The notes below the pieces were generated by a model that was not told the origin of the DNA, searched no databases, and saw only the letters and a program-made list of their open reading frames with translations. DNA of 54,191 nucleotides from an uncultured bacterium (GTDB lineage Bacteria; Hydrogenedentota; Hydrogenedentia; Hydrogenedentales; CAITNO01): the NCBI GenBank assembly GCA_937923585.1, contig CALDSM010000905.1:1-54191 (forward strand). The letters run 5' to 3'. Each line of letters begins with the position of its first letter. The stretch's first letter is position 1. Positions 9,532 to 17,500 of the stretch are shown piece after piece. The translations under genes were made by a program, and so were the position numbers.

Positions 9532-9839
9532 AGGTGTAACCCCCGTCGGTTAAAACCTTCAACGGAAGTGAAAACACATAATATTCACTTTCCGTTTATG
9601 CTAAATTATAAGCGATGCGGGCTAAAAAGTCCAGTACTTTTTTCATCTTGCCATTCGCCACGGGAATAGACAACGCTTCTTTGGTGATAACTCTTGACGA
9701 AATGGCGGTTTACACAAAAAGCGGCGTTTGTGCAGAATGGCGTCAGCGTGGAATGTACCCCTTGCCGACGGCTGTGCTATAGTGACGGCCGCAGCCATTG
9801 ATTGAACTGCCGGACAGAAAAGAGGAAGGTGTTCAGGCC

Positions 9840-10403
9840 ATGTTTCGCCATGCATTCAAGATGCAGCTCAGGCCGGGATGCGAGGAGGAATACAAACGCC
9901 GCCATGACGCACTGTGGCCGGAAATGCTCCGGCAACTGCACGGCGCCGGCATATCCGACTATTCCATCTTTCTTGACCGGGAAACGCTGACCCTTTTTGC
10001 CGTGCAGAAGCGCACCGACGACAACACCGCCGCCGACCTGCCCAACACGGAGGCGGTCAAGCGGTGGTGGGCTTACATGCAGGACATTATGGAGTGCAAT
10101 TCGGACCATTCGCCCGTGGAGAAACCGCTGGACGAGATGTTTCACATGGACCAATGTGGGCGTTGCCCACAACCCAAGGAAGGCAATAGACGACCGGGGC
10201 CGCGTTTTTTTGGAGTGCTGTGGCCATGCCACAGCTTTTCTGCGGCGGGGCCATGCCCCGCCGAGCCCGCAGGCATGGCCTGCGGGAAGAATAGCGGCGG
10301 CATGGCCGCGCGCACTCCAAAAACTGCGACCGCCACCTTGCCTCCAAAGGGCCGAACTGTCGGTAGTTCCAAGAATCTTCTTGTTGTTTCTTATAGATGC
10401 TGA
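9840..10403 (+). CDS. rhaM: L-rhamnose mutarotase (RhaM/YiiL) domain with an anomalous ~84-aa read-through extension
   Basis: Residues 1-104 (MFRHAFKMQLRPGCEEEYKRRHDALWPEML...RWWAYMQDIM...EMFHMD) are colinear with 104-aa E. coli YiiL. No stop occurs at the canonical end (about 10151), and the ORF runs on through a palindromic element to 10403. Confidence 0.8.
   Translation: MFRHAFKMQLRPGCEEEYKRRHDALWPEMLRQLHGAGISDYSIFLDRETLTLFAVQKRTDDNTAADLPNTEAVKRWWAYMQDIMECNSDHSPVEKPLDEMFHMDQCGRCPQPKEGNRRPGPRFFGVLWPCHSFSAAGPCPAEPAGMACGKNSGGMAARTPKTATATLPPKGRTVGSSKNLLVVSYRC
10207..10323. repeat. 117-nt nested palindromic element: 12-bp outer stem enclosing four GC hairpins with CAT/ATG triloops
   Basis: Outer stem TTTTTGGAGTGC (10207-10218) pairs with GCACTCCAAAAA (10312-10323). 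Inner hairpins: 10218-10234 (CTGTGGC-CAT-GCCACAG), 10243-10263 (CGGCGGGGC-CAT-GCCCCGCCG), 10266-10286 (CCCGCAGGC-ATG-GCCTGCGGG) and 10297-10309 (GCGGC-ATG-GCCGC). Confidence 0.7.
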
Positions 10404-10440
10404 TCGGTAAGGTGCTAACCGGCTCCCGGAGGCAACGACG

Positions 10441-10980
10441 ATGAATATTCCCGAATTTCATGCCACCACCGTGATCGCCGTGCGGCGCAACGGCGTGGTC
10501 GCCATGGGCGGCGACGGCCAGGTGACGCTGGGCGAAACGGTGATGAAGGGCAACGCCAGCAAGGTGCGGCGGCTGGCTGACGGCGCGGTGCTGGCCGGGT
10601 TTGCCGGGGCCGTGGCCGACGCATTTGCGCTGTTTGACCGTTTCGAGGGCAAGCTCAAGGAGCACAACAAGAACCTGCTCCGCGCCGCCGTGGAACTCGC
10701 CAAGGAATGGCGCACGGACAAATACCTGCGCCAGCTCAACGCCATGCTGGCCGTGGCCGACGGCACCCTGTCACTGCTGATCTCCGGCACCGGCGAGATT
10801 ATCGAGCCCGAGGACGGCATCATCGCCATCGGCTCCGGCGGTCCCTACGCGCTGGCCGCGGCCCGCGCGCTCATCGCCCACACCGACCTCGACGCCAAGG
10901 CCGTGGTCGAGCAGTCCCTCCGCATCGCCGCGGGCATCTGCATCTACACCAACGAGAACATCCGGGTGGAGACGCTGTAG
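10441..10980 (+). CDS. hslV: ATP-dependent protease subunit HslV (ClpQ)
   Basis: [41 protein letters not shown] and [14 protein letters not shown] are colinear with E. coli HslV. A short propeptide precedes the catalytic Thr, as in B. subtilis CodW. Confidence 0.92.
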   Translation: MNIPEFHATTVIAVRRNGVVAMGGDGQVTLGETVMKGNASKVRRLADGAVLAGFAGAVADAFALFDRFEGKLKEHNKNLLRAAVELAKEWRTDKYLRQLNAMLAVADGTLSLLISGTGEIIEPEDGIIAIGSGGPYALAAARALIAHTDLDAKAVVEQSLRIAAGICIYTNENIRVETL

Positions 10981-11365
10981 AGGAACGTCTCTTGGAACAC
11001 GGGTCAATTGGCCTTTCCTCTGCATGTTCCCCTGTTCGGATACCCCAATGGGGTTATGGAACAAAGCCCGGGGGTTGGCCGAAGTCGCCCGGAGGATGAC
11101 AAGGCCTACCCCGGGAACGCCACAGCCCCCCTATCTCCCTTACCCTGAAGGGGTTGTTCAAAGGACACGAGGAGGAACACTTTCAGCGTAGTACAGGGGG
11201 AATTGGACGGGTTGACCCGTATCCCCGGCTGCACACAACGGTCCGGTATTGGGGCTTGCGTTTCTTCGCCCAAAGGACTATTTTGATGCCGGGCGCCGGG
11301 TGGTCCTCCAAGAGCATCACCACGGCATCGGCTGCCACTCGCTGACCAAAGAGGAGGAAGTACCT

Positions 11366-12376
11366 GTGAACAGAGGTTTGGTGATTCTGGCGGTTGCCGT
11401 GATTCTTGCCACGTCATCTTCTTGGGCGAAATCCAAGAAGGATGGTGCTGCCCCCGCGCCTCAAACCGTCAAGTCCAAGACGGCCGAAGGTAGCATGTCC
11501 GTCATCTTGAGAGACGCCGACATTGACTACGATGGAATCCGCTGGGAAGGCTATGACTGCCGCAAAGATGGACACATGATGATCCCACTTGCCGTACTGC
11601 AAAAGGGCAAATGGCTCTCGAATTATGACAAGGCGCTTGGAGGGCCGATAGAGACAGACTGCTGTTTTGCGGAGATGACTGACCCGACGCGGCATCACAC
11701 TGCCACACAAGACACGCCGGCATGTTCCGGCAGGGGTGATTGTAGGGTATTTGCCTTCCACGACATAGGCTGTCCCACCGGTGAGAGGACAGAAGTTATT
11801 CAAAGGAGTTTCCATGCTTTGATTTCAAAGCCGGCCTGGCAGTCCGCAATGCACCCAGCCGCCCAATCGCCGTCCGTTGACAAACTGGTGCCGCGCATGA
11901 AAAAGGAGTTGAAGCCGCTTGAAGAAGAGGGCCGCAGCGTAAGCCGAGGTGATTCGCAATTTGGCAGGCTGTGTAGATCCTGCCCTTATGATCCTGACAT
12001 ACTGCTTCCTCCGGAGATGACCGAAGCCGTTGAATTTGAACTGGCTCTCGGAGAACCGGCGTTGTTCATCACGCTGCGGCGGAGATTCCCGTGCCAAGAG
12101 ACCGGCTACGAGGGTACACCCTTGAGCGAGAGCGCGAAGAACGTTTATAACTCCAGCAATTGGCACACAATTGTCCGGAAAGGGAGCCTTGAGCCCCTCT
12201 GGTCGGAGGGGTGGACATACTGGAACGAAAAGACGCTGTCGAATTTCAAGCTCATGGGCGCGGCTGACGTTGACGGCGACGGCATCACGGAAGTGGTGCT
12301 CGCCGCTTTCGGGTATGAAAACGATGTCTATTTCCTGTTCGAATACCGGGACAAGAAACTGGTCAAGTTGTTATAG
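11366..12376 (+). CDS. Cys-rich secreted hypothetical protein with FG-GAP-like C-terminal motif
   Basis: GTG at 11366 lies 7 nt after a GAGGAGGA RBS. Signal peptide VNRGLVILAVAVILATSSSWA. C-terminal GAADVDGDGITEVVLAAFGYENDVYF resembles an FG-GAP/VCBS Ca-binding loop. Counted 30/60 G+C at 11941-12000. Confidence 0.55.
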   Translation: MNRGLVILAVAVILATSSSWAKSKKDGAAPAPQTVKSKTAEGSMSVILRDADIDYDGIRWEGYDCRKDGHMMIPLAVLQKGKWLSNYDKALGGPIETDCCFAEMTDPTRHHTATQDTPACSGRGDCRVFAFHDIGCPTGERTEVIQRSFHALISKPAWQSAMHPAAQSPSVDKLVPRMKKELKPLEEEGRSVSRGDSQFGRLCRSCPYDPDILLPPEMTEAVEFELALGEPALFITLRRRFPCQETGYEGTPLSESAKNVYNSSNWHTIVRKGSLEPLWSEGWTYWNEKTLSNFKLMGAADVDGDGITEVVLAAFGYENDVYFLFEYRDKKLVKLL

Positions 12377-12424
12377 GGAAACGGCGCGCAAATTGATGGG
12401 GCTGTGAAGTCGTCGCGACCCGTC

Positions 12425-12628
12425 TTATGTCTTCGCCCCGACGAACTCGGCAAGGGGCACCATTTTCACTTTGTCCGCCAGCGGATAACGCTGTTTGCCG
12501 GGATAGGCAATATGCAATTCGTCCGGTTTCAGGTCGGTAAGCGCCATGCGCATGGACGGCGTCAGTGATGGCGCGTCGGTTCGCTTACATTCCACACCGA
12601 TGCGCCGTCCGTAAACACCAGCGGAATA
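12425..12628 (-). pseudogene. C-terminal remnant of a DUF4143-type AAA+ ATPase gene
   Basis: The reverse strand reads YSAGVYGRRIGVECKRTDAPSLTPSMRMALTDLKPDELHIAYPGKQRYPLADKVKMVPLAEFVGAKT-stop. This is the characteristic C-terminal end of DUF4143 ATPases. An in-frame TAA lies immediately upstream (12629-12631) and no N-terminal part is present. Confidence 0.6.
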
Positions 12629-12718
12629 TTAAGATAAGCAGAATTGGTGCAGCAAGACACCAGACAGGCCTTCCTTGAATAATGGCGATTCAACCCTTTC
12701 CTATTCAACGCCACGTAT

Positions 12719-12753
12719 CATGAAGATCCACCACCATGTGGTGGATCTTCATG
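12719..12753 (-). terminator. Perfect 16-bp hairpin downstream of hldE
   Basis: CATGAAGATCCACCAC-CAT-GTGGTGGATCTTCATG, starting 38 nt past the hldE stop. There is no clear U-tract, so intrinsic-terminator function is only plausible. Confidence 0.45.
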
Positions 12754-12790
12754 GTGCGTGGTTTCGCGGAAGAAGGGCCGAATCGCCGCC

Positions 12791-14260
12791 TCAGCCCTTG
12801 CCGGCGATCTTGTTGATGATGTTGGTGGTGGACTGGCCGTCCTGGCCGGGGATGATGGCGATGGACCCGCCGTAGCCCTCGACGAGGCGGCGCTCCTCCT
12901 GCACGATGGTGTCCAGGGTGTAGTCGCCGCCCTTGGCGTACACGTCGGGCTTGAGCGCGTCGAGCAGGGGCATAGGCGTCTTGTCGCCGAAGATGGTGAT
13001 GTAGTCCACGCACTCCAGCGCTGAGAGCACCACGGCGCGGTCCTGCTCGTTGACCACGGGGCGGTCGGGCCCTTTGTTTTCGCGCACCGACGCGTCGCTG
13101 TTGAGCCCGACGATCATGACGTCGCCCTCTTTGCGCGCGCGCAGCAGGTAGGTGATGTGGCCCACGTGCAGAATGTCGAAGCAACCGTTGGTCCACACGA
13201 CACGCTTGCCGTCGCGGCGCAGCTTTTCGACGATGGACTTCAACTGCTCGACCGACTTAAGCTTGTCCGGGCCCTGCGGGCCGAGAATGGCTTCGGACAC
13301 TTCGGCGTTGGACACGGTGACAACGCCCGGCTGCTGCACGGCGATGCCCGCCGCAAGGTTGCCCAGGAAGGCCGCGTCCTTCAGCGTGCCGCCCGCGGCG
13401 AGCGTGAGCACGATGGCCGCCGCCACGGTGTCGCCCGCGCCGGTCACGTCCACCGCCTTGACCGGGCGGATGGGCACGTTCTCCATGGTGCCGTCGGCGG
13501 CGAACACGGTAATGCCTTTCGGGCCGAGTGTCACCAGCGCGTTCTTGGCGCGGGTGAGCAGGAACTTGCCCGCCTGGATCAGCGTGTCGTCATCCACCAC
13601 GTCAATGCCCGCGGCCAGGCCCGCTTCCTTGTCGTTTGGCTTGATGACATCAATGCCGTGGAAATAGCCCGCGCGGGCGCGCGAATCGGCGACGGTCACC
13701 AGCTTGTACTGTTTGGCGCAGTCGAGAACGGTCTCATAGACGCGGTCGGAGATCGTGGCCGACACCTGGTCGCCGAGGAGAATCGCGTCCACCTTCGGCG
13801 CGATCTCGCGGATCCTGGCGATGACCTTCTCCTCGGTCTCGCCGGAGATCATCTTCGGCTTGGGCGTGTCGGTGCGCAGCACCTCCTGGAGGGGGATGTT
13901 GTGTCCGCCCGCCTTGAGCTTGCCGTAGGTGTTCGTCGGCCGGGCCGGGTCGGTCACGATGCCCGACGTGTCCACGTAGCGCACCTGGAATTCATGCTTG
14001 ACGATGCCCGCGTTCGGGTCGTCGCCGACGACGCCGACCATGGTCACCCTGCCGCCGAGCGAGGCGGTGTTGCAGGCCGCGTTGCCGGCCGCGCCCGGGT
14101 TGTGGCGGCGCTCCAGCACCTCGAACACGGGGATCGGCGCCTCCAGGCTGACCTCGGTCACCTTGCCAAACACGTTCTCATCGAGGTAGATGTCGCCGAC
14201 GGCCATCACCCGCACGTCGAAAAACTTCTTGAGAAGCTTGCTGTAGTATTCCTTGTCCAT
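12791..14260 (-). CDS. hldE: Bifunctional D-beta-D-heptose 7-phosphate kinase / D-beta-D-heptose 1-phosphate adenylyltransferase
   Basis: 489 aa with two domains: a ribokinase-like N-terminal domain (DVTGAGDTVAA) and a cytidylyltransferase C-terminal domain (WTNGCFDILHVGHITYL). This is the HldE/RfaE architecture. Confidence 0.93.
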   Translation of the reverse strand: MDKEYYSKLLKKFFDVRVMAVGDIYLDENVFGKVTEVSLEAPIPVFEVLERRHNPGAAGNAACNTASLGGRVTMVGVVGDDPNAGIVKHEFQVRYVDTSGIVTDPARPTNTYGKLKAGGHNIPLQEVLRTDTPKPKMISGETEEKVIARIREIAPKVDAILLGDQVSATISDRVYETVLDCAKQYKLVTVADSRARAGYFHGIDVIKPNDKEAGLAAGIDVVDDDTLIQAGKFLLTRAKNALVTLGPKGITVFAADGTMENVPIRPVKAVDVTGAGDTVAAAIVLTLAAGGTLKDAAFLGNLAAGIAVQQPGVVTVSNAEVSEAILGPQGPDKLKSVEQLKSIVEKLRRDGKRVVWTNGCFDILHVGHITYLLRARKEGDVMIVGLNSDASVRENKGPDRPVVNEQDRAVVLSALECVDYITIFGDKTPMPLLDALKPDVYAKGGDYTLDTIVQEERRLVEGYGGSIAIIPGQDGQSTTNIINKIAGKG

Positions 14261-14536
14261 GCACGGCCTTCCTTGCGGTTCTGGACCGCCCTTCGCGGGC
14301 GGGCGCGCCGATTCTAGCCCATGGCGGCGGGGCGGGTAAAGCGGGGCAGGCCAGATCCACTATCGTGCAAGCATGATTTGCAGCCGATTTGTGTGGAGGA
14401 AATGTATCCTTCTTTTGAGTGCGGTGGCCATGCCGCCGCTTTTCCTGTGGGGTATCTGCATCTCCAGGGCGGACGCACAACATCCGCCAAGCCAAAGCGG
14501 CGTCGCTGCCGCCGCGTCCAACGTGGGAATGCCCGT

Positions 14537-17500
14537 CTATATCCTCCGTCGGGACGGCGTCAGCGCCAGCACGCCCAGTCCGCCGACAAACAGGTCGCCA
14601 AGGGCCTTTTGGCCCTTGAAGAAGTCAAAAGGATTCGCCCCGCCGGAACAGGCGCAACCGGCATTCGCGGGTCCGGAGGAAACCACCAGGCGGACCTGCG
14701 TGCCCGCCGCGACCTGCACGCCGGAGGCAGGCTCCTGGCGGATGACCTGCCCCGCTGGGACACTGTCGCTGCGCTCTTCGGCCACCGAAACCGTCAGCCC
14801 GGCTCCGGCGAAGATCGCCTGCGCCTGGTCGGCCGGCATGCCCGAAACGTCCGACACGGTGACCATGGCTTGCTGCGGGGCAAAGACGGCGGTCACCGTC
14901 GTGTCTGTAGCCACGCCCAACAGCGTATAGGGGGCGGAAGTCACCACGCCGTTGCCCGCACCCACGCTGGTGATGACGTAGCCGGGATTCGCGGTCACTG
15001 TCACGGTGGCCGTGCCGCCTGCGGTGATCGTGGCCGGTCCCGTTACCGTGCCGCCCTCCGGGGGCACGACCGCATAGGAGACGGCGAAGGCCTCGGGCGT
15101 TGTGTCCACGACCTTTACGACGCGCGGCACCTGCACGGCGCTGTTGCCGTTTCCGTCGGTCACGTCATACGTGACGGTGTAGGTGCCGGGCACTTCGGTG
15201 TTCACCGGATTGAAGGCCACGATGTTCGCGGTTCGGTCACCGGCGCAACTGTCCGTCGCGGTGGCTCCCGCGTCGGTATAGGTCGCGTGACGTTCCACCG
15301 TCGCCGGGTTGACGCCCAGCAAGGTGATGACCGGAGGCGTCGAGTCCACGACAGTGACTGTGCGTGTAACCTGCACGGCGTTGCTGCCGTTGCCGTCGCT
15401 GGCATCGTAGGTCAGCGTGTATGCGCCCGGAGCCGTGGTGTCCACTGTGCCGTCTGTCGTCACCGCGAGAGTGCCCGCGCAGGCATCCATCGCCGTGGCA
15501 CCCGCCTCGGCATAGTTTGTGCCGCACTCGACCTTCATGTCAGACGGGCCGTTCAATGTGGCCACCGGGACAGCCGTGTCAGTCACGTTCACCACGCGCG
15601 TGATCGGGGCGGCGGAGTTGCCGTTCCCGTCGCTTGCTGCATAGGTCAGCGTGTAGCTGCCCGGAACCGAGGTGTCCACCACGCCGCCCGTGGTTACCGC
15701 AAGGGCGCCCGAGCAGGCATCCGATGCCGAGGCGCCGGCGTCCAGGTAAGAAGCACCGCATTCCACGGTCACCGCAGCATCGCCCGTGAGCGTGATGACC
15801 GGTTCGAGCGTGTCGGACACCATCACCACGCGCGTGACGGGGGCTGCGCTGTTCCAGTTCCCGTCATCGGCGGTGTAGGTCAGCGTGTATGCGCCCGGCA
15901 CTGCCGTGCCTACCGAGCCGGTTTTCGTCACCGCCACGCTTTCGGAACACGCGTCCGTCGCCGTCGCACCCATGTCGGTGTAGGTCGCGCCGCATTCCAC
16001 CATCACCTCGGCGGAACCGTTCAGCGCGATCACCGGCGCCTGCGTGTCCAGTACCGACACCACGCGCGTGACTGGCAGGGCCCTGAAGCCCGGGCCGTCG
16101 GTCGCATCATAGGTCAGCGTGTATGCGCCCGGCACTGCCGTGTCCACCGAGCCGGTCGTCGTCACTGCCACGCTTCCGGAGCATGCGTCCGTCGCCGTTG
16201 CGCCCATGTCCGTGTGGGTCGCTCCGCATTCCACCGTCACCTCGGCGGAACCGTTCAGCGCGATCACCGGCGCCTCGGCGTCCAGCACCGTCACCCGGCG
16301 CGTGACTGGCAAGGCGCTGTTGCCGTGGCCGTCATCCGCGGAATAGGTCAGCGTGTATGCGCCCGGAACCGCCGTGTCCACCGAACCGGTCGTCGTCACC
16401 GCCACGCTTTCGGAGCACGCAACCGTCGCCGTCGCGCCCATGTCCGTGTAGGTTGAGCCGCATTCCACCGTCACCCCAGCTTCACCGTTCAGCGCGATCA
16501 CCGGCGTCTGCATGTCCACCACTGTGATACAGCATGATTCTTCAGTACGACCCCCCCCCAACGGGAGGCTGGACGTGCGGGTACTGCACAATCCGGTCTC
16601 CTGACCTATGAAACTGCACTCCGGAATATTCAGGCATAGCGTGCCGGGGCTGAGCACTCCGAGTACGGTGACTTCGTACGTAAGGCCGTCAATGGAACGA
16701 GGGTGAACTTCGGCCGAAGTGAACGCGCAGGTGCCGGACCATGTTAGTTCCGGGTCGTCCATTGGCCTTTCGCTTAACCACAGGGTGAACTGGATCGGGG
16801 AAGAACACGTTGCGACCACCCGATTAGCCGAACATTCGATGCCCACATAGCGGGGCTTAACGACGTTCACCCAGCGGGGTTCACTATGTGCACTGTTACC
16901 GTGGCCGTCGTTCGCGCTGTAGTGCAGCATGTACAAGCCGGACAATTGGGTGTTCACGGTGCCGGTTGTAGTCACCGCCAGATTGCCCGCGCAGGCGTCC
17001 CACGCTGTCGCGCCGGTATCCGCATATGCAGAGCCGTTTGCAACGTAGACCGTGGTGCTGCCGTTCAGCGTGATCACCGGCTTCTCTGTGTCTGTCACCG
17101 TTACGACGCGTGTGACCTGTGTCGCGATATTTCCGCTCCCGTCGGCCGTGTCATAGCGCAGTGTATAGGAGCCGACCTCGGCCGTGTTCACCGAGCCGCC
17201 CATTGTCACCAGCACGCTGCCCTCGCATTGGTCGTATGCCGTCGCACCCGCATCCGTGTAGGGAGTACCGCACTCCGCCGTCACCTCGGCGGAGCCGTTC
17301 AGCGTGATCACCGGCTTCTGCGTGTCCGTTACTGTCACAACCCGCGTGATCGGGGTGGGGCTGCTGCCGTTGCCGCCGCCCGCGCTGTAGGCCAGCGTGT
17401 AGCTGCCCGGCACCGAGGTGTTTACCGCACCTTCTGTGGTCACCACAAAGGCTGGCGTGAAACCGTCGGACGCGGTGGCACCCGCATCCGTGTAGGTCTC

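Noticed and set aside
9798-9839. Upstream Met for rhaM (MIELPDRKEEGVQA)
   Set aside because: RhaM homology starts exactly at the MFRHAF Met (9840), which has a GAGGAAGG RBS at suitable distance. A possible extended -10 (TGCTATAGT, 9775-9783) would lie too close to the upstream Met.
14321-16456. 711-aa plus-strand ORF and several other long ORFs opposite the giant adhesin gene
   Set aside because: The repetitive Arg/His/Gly-rich translation mirrors the repeats of the real gene on the minus strand, which has a signal peptide and recognisable domains.
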